Below, one piece after another: positions 19,239 through 28,017 of a stretch of DNA of 64,000 nucleotides. The position numbers and the translations under genes were made by a program. The stretch is from a virus (Duplodnaviria; Caudoviricetes). Position 1 is the stretch's first letter. Every line of letters starts with the position of its first letter. A model generated the notes under the pieces. It did no database searches and was not told the origin of the DNA. It worked only from the letters and a program-made list of their open reading frames with translations. The DNA is taken from positions 36,608 to 100,607 of IMG/VR virus record IMGVR_UViG_2824993554_000003; one strand, 5' to 3'.

Positions 19239-19354
19239 TCTAACCGACAAAGCAATTGTTAGGTCCTGTACGGTTTCGGACAGAGGGATTTAGCCGGCCA
19301 AAGTCGAATCATACAATGAGAGAATATTGCCGACACAGTTTCGCCAGCCGGAAG

Positions 19355-19380
19355 AAAACCCCGCTTCGCGGGGCTTTAAA
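19355..19380. terminator. Intrinsic terminator-like hairpin
   Basis: AAAACCCCGC-TTC-GCGGGGCTTT. Confidence 0.55.
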
Positions 19381-19540
19381 TGCAGAAGTGTCCGATTTCG
19401 TACAAAGCAGTCTGCTACCGATACAACCACATTGCAATTTCTGCTAACCTTCATATGGTCGCTCAGCGATCTGCTAAACCCCAAGCATCTACTTCTCCTG
19501 TGCGTTGGGCGGCCGCTAATTTTCTAATTGCTCCAGGCGG

Positions 19541-19650
19541 CCGCGCAGAAGCGGTTGGAAGAAGGAGTAGACCATAACCTCTGCGCGGTCTGAACCCCTG
19601 GAAGGGGTAGATCGCGAATAATTCAGAGCAAACGCTATTCGACGATCCAA
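19541..19650 (-). ncRNA. Candidate structured sRNA family B, copy 2
   Basis: Same three hairpins as copy 1; promoter GGAAC-N17-GGTT at 19682-19657. Confidence 0.5.
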
Positions 19651-19656
19651 GTGGTT

Positions 19657-19692
19657 AACCACCAGTCGGAGGATGCCGTTCCCGTACAGTTC
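19657..19692 (-). promoter_or_regulatory. EcfG-type promoter overlapped by GAAC-N7-GAAC
   Basis: Minus strand GAAC-TGTACGG-GAAC-N17-GGTT. Confidence 0.55.
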
Positions 19693-19715
19693 CGCACAAA
19701 TCATTCCGCCGCGGA

Positions 19716-19916
19716 TCAAACTAGGAGCCGCAGCAGCGCTGCCTCGTCCTTCACCCCATGCCGGAATGACTGTATAATCCGGCGGGCTAAATCCTCACGC
19801 CCAACGTCTGTGTTGATTTGCTTCACCGAAATGACGTGGTCATAGACCCTTTGGCAGAGCGCCACCTCGGCGTCGTTCAGCACGTTTTGCGCCTGCGCAC
19901 TATGGAACGGGATCAT
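19716..19916 (-). CDS. Conserved 66-aa protein, copy 2 of 3
   Basis: Paralogue of 16944 and 59215; GGGAGGG RBS. Confidence 0.75.
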   Translation of the reverse strand: MIPFHSAQAQNVLNDAEVALCQRVYDHVISVKQINTDVGREDLARRIIQSFRHGVKDEAALLRLLV

Positions 19917-19984
19917 GACGGCCCTCCCTTCCCTATAAAAAGGGTAGGGCGGAAAAGGGCCGGATCAAGCGTGGAGGCTGTGGA

Positions 19985-20288
19985 CTATCGGTCGCACCAG
20001 TCATTCTTCTTCGTCGGTTGCGAGCGGCCGGTGTGAAGGCGTCCGGTCCACCGCGCCGCTCGACACGATCCGCAAGCCCTTTTCAGCCAGTAGCTCTTTC
20101 AGCTTTCCCTTGGCGATTAGCGCCAGCTTCCGTTCCTTCATGCACTTCGCGTGCGATCCGATCTGCGGCGTGTCTATGCCCGAGAACGGAATACCTTCCC
20201 CCAACAACCGCATGTTTTGCCCGTCGCATTTTACAGTGTCGCCATCGACCGCCGTCAGCGATGCGCAGAAGATCAATTCAGCGATCAT
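19985..20288 (-). pseudogene. Thermonuclease (SNase) pseudogene
   Basis: Versus the intact copy at 59485-59862: 71-bp deletion (equivalent to 59521-59591), one-codon deletion, DTPE changed to DTPQ. Confidence 0.85.
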
Positions 20289-20583
20289 CCTTGCTTCCTC
20301 GCATTTCGTTTAAACGCATCAGCCGGTGATAGTATTCCTCGACCTTTCGAATAGCCTCGCGCGGTTCAACTTCGAAGCCTTGGTGGAGCGTCAGCCTTCG
20401 GCGCACACTTGGGCCAAGAACACTCCATTGCCACATGCCGTTATTCGGCCCGCCGCTCTCCATTCGTATCCTCCCGATAATTATTTCCCCGTCATAGCCC
20501 AGCCAATCGAGATCCGTCGGCTGATCGCGTTCGTCGATCTTCGTGCCGCGCCATTTGTAGAGTGGTTGGTATCGAGTGTGCAT
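20278..20583 (-). CDS. Hypothetical 101-aa protein, copy 1
   Basis: YQPLYKWRGT...DGEIIIGRI...GMWQWS; near-identical to 59852-60157. Confidence 0.7.
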   Translation of the reverse strand: MHTRYQPLYKWRGTKIDERDQPTDLDWLGYDGEIIIGRIRMESGGPNNGMWQWSVLGPSVRRRLTLHQGFEVEPREAIRKVEEYYHRLMRLNEMRGSKDDR

Positions 20584-20663
20584 GTTCCGGAACATCGCCC
20601 CGGCCGGCCCAATAATCAATCTGGGTTAGTTGCTTTTTAAGCTGTTGTTGTTGTCATGGTGGC

Positions 20664-21713
20664 ATGACAAAGGCGCCTCGTAAGCTTTCCAAGCCGCTGC
20701 GCGGCGACGCCGAAGCTCCGATCCGAAGCAGGCCGCGCCAAAAGCGCGATCCAGCCCAGCCGAACCTTCTCCTCGATCCAATGCCGGCGCGCATCGAGCC
20801 ATGCCTGGCCCTGTTGAAGTCGCGCCCGCCGAAAGGGCCGCAATGGGTGTTCGAAGTGAAATGGGATGGCTACCGCGTTGCAGTCCACATCGCGCCGTCC
20901 GGCGTTCGCATCCTGACGCGCGGCGGGCACGACTGGACACACCGCTTCCCGGCGATCGCGGCCGAAGCGGCGCAGCTCGGCGCGGCGACGGCAATCCTCG
21001 ATGGCGAAGCCGTAGTGTTGGACGACCAGGGCCGCTCGGATTTCGGCAAGCTGCAGCAGTCGCTGGGCGGCCGGGGCGGGAAGTTGAATTCCGGCGCATC
21101 GGTCCTGATGGCTTTCGATCTTCTATATTTCGATGGCCACGATCTGACGAAGACAGAGCTTTCGACGCGACGGCATCTGCTCGAGGGCCTCATCGCGCCC
21201 GGTCGAGAAAGCGCGATACGCCTCTCCGAAGACGTCGACGCCGACGGCGAGCAGCTGCTGCGCGTCGCTTGCAAGCATGGGCTCGAAGGCATCATCGCGA
21301 AAGACCGCAACAGCACGTATCGCAGCGGCCGCCTCGGCGACTGGCTGAAGATCAAGTGCATCCAGAGTGACGGTTTTCTGATCATCGGATATGAGAGGTC
21401 GATGGCATCCTTCGGGGGCATCGGGCGGTTGCTGCTCGCCGCGCGCAAGGGCGACCAACTCGTCTATGTCGGGGGAGTGGGAACGGGGTTTAACGAACGG
21501 TCCGCGACTGAACTCCGGGGGCAGATGGACCAGCTGGTCATCGGCAAGCCGGCTGTCGATACCGGGCGGAAGCGTAATGCCGTCTTTATCGAGCCGAAGC
21601 TTGTTGCCGAGATCGAATATCGGGCGTGGACGCACGACGGCAAGCTGCGGCATGCGTCGTATAAGGGGCTGCGAGAGGCGGCGGACGAAGTTTCGATTTG
21701 TGAAGTGGAGTGA
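20664..21713 (+). CDS. ligD: ATP-dependent DNA ligase (LigD ligase domain only)
   Basis: EVKWDGYR motif I, LDGEAV, AFDLLY, EGIIAK, YRSGR..WLKIK, LRHASYKGLR. Confidence 0.9.
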   Translation: MTKAPRKLSKPLRGDAEAPIRSRPRQKRDPAQPNLLLDPMPARIEPCLALLKSRPPKGPQWVFEVKWDGYRVAVHIAPSGVRILTRGGHDWTHRFPAIAAEAAQLGAATAILDGEAVVLDDQGRSDFGKLQQSLGGRGGKLNSGASVLMAFDLLYFDGHDLTKTELSTRRHLLEGLIAPGRESAIRLSEDVDADGEQLLRVACKHGLEGIIAKDRNSTYRSGRLGDWLKIKCIQSDGFLIIGYERSMASFGGIGRLLLAARKGDQLVYVGGVGTGFNERSATELRGQMDQLVIGKPAVDTGRKRNAVFIEPKLVAEIEYRAWTHDGKLRHASYKGLREAADEVSICEVE

Positions 21714-21734
21714 AGCTCAACAGCGCGCGGTAGA

Positions 21735-22622
21735 TCAACGGGCAGCCGATCTGGACATAGCTCTTTGTTCGGCCTTGCTTGCGAAAACGCGTTCGGGGTG
21801 GACAGTCTCCGGACCAAAGATCATTACCTCCGAGCCCCTCCCGTAGTTTCGGGCGCTATATCCAATGCTGAATTGTTCCTGATCGCAATCACTATAGATA
21901 CGGCGAATCTGTTCGACATTGTCGTATGAGGCGACCCATGAATGACGCTCGATCGCCTTCACCACCTCGGCGAGATCGACGTGATCAGCGTGCACAAAAT
22001 GGTTCTGGTATAGTGAAGCACCCTTCACATAGTAAGGCGGATCAATATAAATCAGGCTGCGTGGTTTGATAGCCGGCACGTGACTGGCCAAGAACGCGCT
22101 TGCATCAAGGTTCGTTAAAGTTATTCGACGACGAAACATTCCAATCCTCCTGATCCTCTGGATCAGGTCGTCTTTGTTGAACCGGCAATCAATCTTCCAA
22201 TCGCCCTCTTGGGAAAGACCGCCAATCATGCCGCCGTTCAAGATGCCTGATCGATTTGTCCGGTTTAGAAAGAAAGTTGAGAATCCGACTTCCATTACAT
22301 CGCGATTCTGAGTTTCTCTTTTAATCTCTCTCGCGGCGAGCCAAGTCTCGACGGTTACAGGTGTGGTCTGGATCTTTTTCACAAACTCGTCGGTGTGGTC
22401 GATCACTGCTTTCCAGAAAGCGTAGACCGACCAGTCGATATCATTGATGTGAATGTGCCTCACTCGCTCCGAAAAAAGCAGATCAAGGGCTACCGCGGCG
22501 CCTCCCGCGAATGGTTCGGCGTAGTGGGCGCCTTCAAGCTTGTTCAACTCCAGCAAGGTGGCAAAGTATGGGGCAAGTTTGCCTTTGCCGCCCGGATAAC
22601 GCAGGGGGGAATAGTTTGTCAT
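21735..22622 (-). CDS. DNA adenine methyltransferase (Dam/D12 class)
   Basis: SPLRYPGGK, EPFAGG, FFLNRTNRSG, YIDPPYY. Confidence 0.93.
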   Translation of the reverse strand: MTNYSPLRYPGGKGKLAPYFATLLELNKLEGAHYAEPFAGGAAVALDLLFSERVRHIHINDIDWSVYAFWKAVIDHTDEFVKKIQTTPVTVETWLAAREIKRETQNRDVMEVGFSTFFLNRTNRSGILNGGMIGGLSQEGDWKIDCRFNKDDLIQRIRRIGMFRRRITLTNLDASAFLASHVPAIKPRSLIYIDPPYYVKGASLYQNHFVHADHVDLAEVVKAIERHSWVASYDNVEQIRRIYSDCDQEQFSIGYSARNYGRGSEVMIFGPETVHPERVFASKAEQRAMSRSAAR

Positions 22623-22673
22623 GAGAGACTCCGTTTCCCCTGAAATAGCACCGACCTCGTCACTCGGCCAGCG

Positions 22674-24116
22674 TTATTTCCCATTCTTTTCAAGATGTTC
22701 GAAAAGCTTCTCAAAATAGGGCTGAAGCCGATCCCATCCCGTGATGATTTCGAGCGAGGACGGTATAGCTAAATGGCTGTGGATGGCCTGGTTAAGATGA
22801 TCCAGCGTATGAGTCTTGCCTTGGGTGGCATTCCCAATGTCTCGCGCATCATCAAGGCGCTTATCAGCTTTCTGAGGGTCAATGATCGTGAGTACTGTTG
22901 CGACTTTTGTCCGCAGTTTCACCTGCGATTCATGCCAGCCCTGAGGATGTGGACAGGGAACTTGCATGTCATCGAGGAACACCATCGACGCTTTTTCAAG
23001 AAAGATCCGGACCATAACGGCAGCAATATGTGGACTACTATCGACGTTGAGCTTGCGTAGTTCACTGTAGAGCTTATTCAGCCCGTGATTGCTTATGCGA
23101 AGACCCGACGCAGCAAGCCATTTTCTTTGCTTGACTGGCTTCGACCGGGCGATGTTATGGGCTGAATTTGCCTGCTGCACGGCGCCGCCCGTGCCCGAGC
23201 TGGTGCTGTTTCCGCCCGCTGGCGCAACGCCTCCCGCGTTTCCGCCTCCGCTCGAAGATCCTGTCCCGCCAGCTTGCGTGGGGGAACTGGATTGCGTGCC
23301 AGTGCTCCCGATCTGAGGCTTCTTTCGTACATTGAGATTTTCAAAACCCTCGATAAAAGTCTTTTGAAGGTCGGCGGAGGTGACTTTTGTCTCGGTGAAA
23401 TCCTTCTTCCCCATCTCCAGGTACATTGCGACCAGTAGCGCGCATGCGGCTTTTACATCGCCATTCTCAGGGGTCAGGTTTCCCGCCCTATCGAAGGAAA
23501 GACCGAGGGTGGTCGCAATATTCGGCGAGCCAAGAACCCTTTCTACTGTCGTGGTTTTTCCAGCAATGCCGTCCATTAGATGGTCGGTGACTTCCCCGTT
23601 CTGATCAAGATAGTTCAGGGCGGTCATCCATCGAGCGAACCTGCCTTCCGATGCGTCGCTTCGGGCGGTTGCAACAGCATTCCATGCAACAACACCCTTG
23701 CCGCCCATAGCATTGTAGTGTTTGCGCTTGATCCATTCGAAGGCGTCTTTGCGGCCTAACACCACACACTCCACCTTATCAATGCCCATAGCCAGGAACG
23801 TTGGGCTCAATTTCTTAAAGATAGGGTATCCGGGCGTACCCGCAGCAATCGCTGGACTGACCAGTGTCTTCAATGCGGTGATGCGGCGGTTTCCTTCCAA
23901 TGCGATGTAGCCGCCGGGATTATTGGGATCGTCGGTCACGATCAAAAGCGACGAAGGATCGAGACCATTCATATCAATAATATCTTGAGCTAGCTCTGAC
24001 ACCTTGTGCGTCTTCTCATCGGATAAGATGATTTGCATCGCCTCCCGCTCGGTGCCGACCTTCTTGTGACGGAAATTTTCAACGTCGAGTGAAACCGAGC
24101 TGATGTCTATTTGCAT
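22674..24116 (-). CDS. ParB/Srx-like N-terminal domain + HEPN-like C-terminal domain protein
   Basis: Start MQIDISS after GAGGGG; LDVENFRH, YIALEGNRRITALK; Gly/Ser linker; AAVMVRIFLE...LNQAIH helical C-terminus. Confidence 0.7.
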   Translation of the reverse strand: MQIDISSVSLDVENFRHKKVGTEREAMQIILSDEKTHKVSELAQDIIDMNGLDPSSLLIVTDDPNNPGGYIALEGNRRITALKTLVSPAIAAGTPGYPIFKKLSPTFLAMGIDKVECVVLGRKDAFEWIKRKHYNAMGGKGVVAWNAVATARSDASEGRFARWMTALNYLDQNGEVTDHLMDGIAGKTTTVERVLGSPNIATTLGLSFDRAGNLTPENGDVKAACALLVAMYLEMGKKDFTETKVTSADLQKTFIEGFENLNVRKKPQIGSTGTQSSSPTQAGGTGSSSGGGNAGGVAPAGGNSTSSGTGGAVQQANSAHNIARSKPVKQRKWLAASGLRISNHGLNKLYSELRKLNVDSSPHIAAVMVRIFLEKASMVFLDDMQVPCPHPQGWHESQVKLRTKVATVLTIIDPQKADKRLDDARDIGNATQGKTHTLDHLNQAIHSHLAIPSSLEIITGWDRLQPYFEKLFEHLEKNGK

Positions 24117-24435
24117 GCTGCCCCTCAAATCAACTGGAAGTATGTATCTGTTATTAAGTAAACGAGCGCGCAAATAAAGAGGGGGAAGAAGATAAAGGGA
24201 ATTTGCGCAGCGGACCGAGTGCGGACCGATTGATTGGCAAAAATCAGAATGGACGGGAACATAAAGAAACCGGCTGTCCCGAATGGGTTTTCGCGGAGCC
24301 TTCTCCGTTCGTGGGGGTCTGATCGCCAGAAAACTCAAGAAAACCTGTAGCTAAGTCGATTTAGCTCCGACACGCCTACACGCGCGCGACCAAATGTGAG
24401 AGCGTTCTCCCTGTGCGAATCTTTGGAGCGACGAG

Positions 24436-25173
24436 ATGGCCGAACAATGGACATGCCCATTTTGCAACCATCACCAACTCTTTACAGACGCCAATCTTCA
24501 TTCAGCGCTCATTAAATTGCACATTGGCAAGTCGACACACGGGGAGACCGGTTTGGCTTACACTGCAATCCGTTGCGTCAACGCGGATTGTAACGAAGTC
24601 GATTTGTCAGTTAGGTTTGTTAAGACGGTCGCTCGTGGCAACGGTGCTTGGCTGATAGAGAAGGACATCCAAGGCTGGCAACTCCGCCCAGGCAGTTCCT
24701 CCAAACCTCAGCCCGAATACATCCCCGCTACGCTTCGCGAGGATTATTTGGAAGCGTGTGCGATCGCCAGCACCAGTCCCAAAGCCTCAGCGACGCTAGC
24801 GCGACGCTGCCTTCAGGGTATGATCCGAGACTTTTGCGGCATTGCCAAGGGCCGCCTGATAGATGAAATCAAGGAACTCAATAAGCGGCTGGATGACGGA
24901 AGCGCGCCCCGCGGTGTGGAACCTGAGACTGTCGAAGCGATCGACGCGGTGCGCGACATCGGGAACATCGGTGCGCATATGGAAAAGGACATCAACCTCA
25001 TTATTGATGTCGAATCTGGTGAAGCTCGAGCCCTGATAGAACTGATCGAGATGCTCTTCGACGAGTGGTATGTCGCACGACACAAGCGAGAGCAAAGGTT
25101 GGCGGCAGTTAAGACTATCGCTGCGGAAAAGAAAGCTGCGATCGCTGCAGGCCGGGCAGGCAACACTGGATGA
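24436..25173 (+). CDS. DUF4145 (HEPN-fold) protein with N-terminal Zn ribbon
   Basis: WTCPFC; EDYLEA..SPKASATLARRCLQGMIRD; VRDIGNIGAH. Confidence 0.82.
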   Translation: MAEQWTCPFCNHHQLFTDANLHSALIKLHIGKSTHGETGLAYTAIRCVNADCNEVDLSVRFVKTVARGNGAWLIEKDIQGWQLRPGSSSKPQPEYIPATLREDYLEACAIASTSPKASATLARRCLQGMIRDFCGIAKGRLIDEIKELNKRLDDGSAPRGVEPETVEAIDAVRDIGNIGAHMEKDINLIIDVESGEARALIELIEMLFDEWYVARHKREQRLAAVKTIAAEKKAAIAAGRAGNTG

Positions 25174-25347
25174 CGCTTCGCCAGCAGATGATCGGGCTCT
25201 CGTCGTCAAAGACTGACGAATGCAATGCTGATCGAGGATTTTCCCGCAGATGCGTTAGCGACCTCGCGTTGGAAGCGCTACCAAATGCTACACTATCGCG
25301 CAGTCTCTGCCCACATATTGCGCCCAAAAGCATGCCGGCACGCAAAA

Positions 25348-26967
25348 TTATGCTGCGAACCGGCCCAGAATAATTTGGGGGGATAGCGTGAGTCGGACCT
25401 CCGCTACCACTAAAACAGCCGACAGTTCCTCGCCGGCTATCGCGGACAGCCAGCCCTTAATCTCATAGCGATATTCCTGACCCGGTTCTCTCGGGTGGAC
25501 GATCACGCTTGAAACGACCTGTCGGAAGGCCGTTCCCAGCTCGATCGATGGCTCGGCGCCGGGGCTGTTGACAATCTCGGCAATGTTTTCGACATCCTCT
25601 CGAAATTTCTCCACCGCTTTCGGCTTCAGTTCGATGATGTTCGTTGGCGGCTCTTCGGCTTCAAGTTCCAGCCTGAGGCGGCTGCGTTCCGATTTTAGCC
25701 CGGGCAAAATCGCCAAGACGTCCTCTTCCTCGATCGTTCCCTTCGCCACCTGCTCTAGCACGCGCGCAATCTGCGCCTGGACGTCCGCCAGTGCGTTTTC
25801 CTTCGCTCCACGGCTGTTGCGCCGCTCCATGGCGATACGCTTGCTCTCTGCCTTGTATTCCTCGACGTAGGCATCGATCACCGAGGTATCGGCGAACATT
25901 ATCCGCAGGCGCTCGATTACGTCCCTCTCGATCTTCGCCACGTAGTAGCGGGCGTTGTTGCTGCAACTCTTGGATTCCTTATGGGTGCTGCAGACCACAC
26001 GCGGGCCGCTGCGGTCAGCGCCGATGATTGACAACCCGCCTCCGCAAGCTCCGCACTTGAGCAGTCCCGACAGCAGCCGCTTGTTCTTTGGTGCCGTGTG
26101 CGCATGTTTCCCGCCGACAGCTTCCTTGCGGTTTCTCACGGCCTGAAACAGGTTGTCGTCGATGATGCGCAGGTGAGGAACGTCGATTTCTTCCACGACC
26201 GACTCGTCATTGACGCGGGATACGCGCCGGCCGGTGGCAGGATCTTTGATCATTCGGACTCTGTTCCAGATGAGCTTACCGGCGTAGAGCGGGTTGCGCA
26301 GGATGCCGTAGCCGCGCTTGTCGTTGCCGTTGATCGTGCTGGCGTTCCACTGCTTCCCGCGCGGGGCAGGGCATCGCTCGTCGTTGAGCATGGCGGCTAT
26401 CGTCCTCGGGCCGATGCCCGCGGCGTAGAGCTCGAATATGCGGCGCACGATCACCGCTTCTCCCTCGTCGATCTCCAATTGGCCCTTTTGACCGTAGATC
26501 GGCTGGTACCCGTAGGCCTTGCCGCCAGGATGGCGCCCAGAGCGCACGACGCCGGTCATGCCGCGCTTTACCTTGCGGGCCCCTTCCTCGCGCTGCATCT
26601 GTCCGACAATGCCGTACATGCCGATCTGGACAGTATCCATCAGGCCGCCGTTGACGCATTGCATCTCGATGTTGCGGAACTTCAGCACCTTGTGCACGTG
26701 AGCGAGGTCGGCAATGTCACGCGATACGCGATCGGTGGATTCCGTGACCAGGATATCAAACTCGCCCCGTTCGGCGGCCGTCATAAGATCAGCAAGGCCA
26801 GGACGGCCGAACATTGAAGCGCCCGACTTTGCCTTGTCCGAAAACTGCTTGATAACCTTGGCGCCGAGCCGGCCAGCGAAGTCCCGGCATAGGCTGAACT
26901 GGTCCTCGACCGATTTATCGTTCTGCAAATCGGTCGAGTAGCGAGCGTAGATCACCGCGCGTTTCAT
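25348..26967 (-). CDS. Large serine recombinase (integrase of prophage B)
   Basis: IYARYST catalytic Ser, DRVSRD, AYGY, LRNPLYAG, LLSGLLKCGACG Zn ribbon, coiled coil. Confidence 0.95.
   Translation of the reverse strand: MKRAVIYARYSTDLQNDKSVEDQFSLCRDFAGRLGAKVIKQFSDKAKSGASMFGRPGLADLMTAAERGEFDILVTESTDRVSRDIADLAHVHKVLKFRNIEMQCVNGGLMDTVQIGMYGIVGQMQREEGARKVKRGMTGVVRSGRHPGGKAYGYQPIYGQKGQLEIDEGEAVIVRRIFELYAAGIGPRTIAAMLNDERCPAPRGKQWNASTINGNDKRGYGILRNPLYAGKLIWNRVRMIKDPATGRRVSRVNDESVVEEIDVPHLRIIDDNLFQAVRNRKEAVGGKHAHTAPKNKRLLSGLLKCGACGGGLSIIGADRSGPRVVCSTHKESKSCSNNARYYVAKIERDVIERLRIMFADTSVIDAYVEEYKAESKRIAMERRNSRGAKENALADVQAQIARVLEQVAKGTIEEEDVLAILPGLKSERSRLRLELEAEEPPTNIIELKPKAVEKFREDVENIAEIVNSPGAEPSIELGTAFRQVVSSVIVHPREPGQEYRYEIKGWLSAIAGEELSAVLVVAEVRLTLSPQIILGRFAA
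25398..25409 (+). other. Putative att core at the prophage A/B junction
   Basis: CCTCCGCTACCA resembles an alphaproteobacterial tRNA-Met 3' end; lies within integrase codons VVAE; no tRNA body adjacent. Confidence 0.6.
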
Positions 26968-27092
26968 TGCTTTGTCGCCTGCTGTTCCCCTGAAAGGTTT
27001 TCATTAGCGGGCTTGGGCGGGAGGGCGTCAAGCCGCGCCCGCCGCCTGGCGAGCGCTTTGACGAGTTCGATCAAGGGGGTTTCGGTCGCCAT
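26964..27092 (-). CDS. 42-aa ORF coupled to the integrase (possible directionality factor)
   Basis: MATETPLIELVKALARRRARLDALPPKPANENLSGEQQATKQ*; stop overlaps the integrase ATG (ATGA); below the ORF-track cutoff. Confidence 0.55.
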   Translation of the reverse strand: MATETPLIELVKALARRRARLDALPPKPANENLSGEQQATKQ

Positions 27093-27095
27093 CGG

Positions 27096-27758
27096 CTACT
27101 TTCCCCCGCTATCCACAGGCGCCGGTTCCTCCCCGAGCAACGACCTGAGGAAAACGCGCAAGGCGCGCTCGCTGCCGATTGTGCAGTTGGCGATACTGTC
27201 GAAGACGTTATCGTCGCGCAGCGCGATTTCCGCTTTTGCTCGGACATCCTCGATCGACCGGCACGGCTCTTTCAACATCGCCGTCTCAGCCTCTTCCTTC
27301 GCTTGCCAGACCTCGTCGTGGTCGTTGCGAGGATTCAGCGTCACCTCATTGCTGAACCGAGTGTCCGCGTCGCGCCAATCCTGGATGACCTGATTGACCG
27401 AAGGGCTGGGCGAGATGCTGACTGTGGAGTTGCCGGCAAGAAGACGAGCGACGCACATGGAATAGTCGTTGACCCCTCCCATGAAGCCCAGCACCAAACC
27501 CTTGGCCGCCTGTTTTTCGATCATGCCGAGAACGATGCATCCAAGGAGCGTGGCGTTGCCGTTTGTGGGGTGCTTGCCAATATAGTCGAGGTATTCGCGG
27601 GCAAGGTCCCTGCCGGTCGCGCAGTCCGCGGAATAGTTCGTCGTGCCTCGGTAGGCGCCGGCAGACTGCATGTCCCAATAGTCGATGCCGCCGCCTTCTT
27701 CTTTTGTCTTCACGCGCATGAAGGAAAGATCGATGGCTGGATGAGGAGACTTAAGCAT
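27096..27758 (-). CDS. Hypothetical early-left protein
   Basis: Start MLKSPHP after GGAGG; EPCRSIEDVRAKA motif. Confidence 0.6.
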   Translation of the reverse strand: MLKSPHPAIDLSFMRVKTKEEGGGIDYWDMQSAGAYRGTTNYSADCATGRDLAREYLDYIGKHPTNGNATLLGCIVLGMIEKQAAKGLVLGFMGGVNDYSMCVARLLAGNSTVSISPSPSVNQVIQDWRDADTRFSNEVTLNPRNDHDEVWQAKEEAETAMLKEPCRSIEDVRAKAEIALRDDNVFDSIANCTIGSERALRVFLRSLLGEEPAPVDSGGK

Positions 27759-28017
27759 TGGCGCCGTCCTCCGCGTTCCGGGGCACATAGGTGCCCAAAA
27801 CGTCAAAGTGGCTGATGCCCTTAGCAAGATGCGCGACATGGAAATGCGCGATGTTGACGAGGCTGCTGACGCGATCAAGTGGGATATTTCGCTCCCCATC
27901 CGGAAGCATGTAGTCGACATCCTCGACCAGGAGGTTCCGGATGGTGTCTAGCAGCCGTTCAAGATCGGTAAGCTCATAGACCAAGTCGTTCGGTTCGAGC
28001 GTTTCAGTCGGCCTCAT
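27751..28017 (-). CDS. Hypothetical early-left protein
   Basis: 88 aa, overlapping operon arrangement. Confidence 0.6.
   Translation of the reverse strand: MRPTETLEPNDLVYELTDLERLLDTIRNLLVEDVDYMLPDGERNIPLDRVSSLVNIAHFHVAHLAKGISHFDVLGTYVPRNAEDGANA

Larger units (their letters stand above)
18762..21680. repeat. Accessory block copy 1 (71-aa ORF, sRNAs, 66-aa ORF, SNase, 101-aa ORF, ligase)
   Basis: Colinear high-identity direct repeat of ~58475-61560. Confidence 0.9.
1..25409 (+). mobile_element. Prophage A (siphovirus-like), right-hand part; left part lies outside the window
   Basis: Lambda-like tail gene order (TMP, Dit, L-like, NlpC/P60, J-like, fibre), lysis cassette and accessory genes, ending at a putative att core at 25398-25409. 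Confidence 0.85.

Noticed and set aside
19381-19475. A further promoter-sRNA unit ending at the 19355-19380 hairpin
   Set aside because: Has GGTT and a short GCAGAA/TTCTGC stem but no GGAAC at the correct spacing; too weak to call
24117-24338. N-terminal extension of the 554-aa ORF
   Set aside because: Looks non-coding; the RBS and domain start point to ATG 24116
25340-25420. tRNA gene at the junction
   Set aside because: Only a 12-nt 3'-end match; no T-arm, anticodon arm or D-arm
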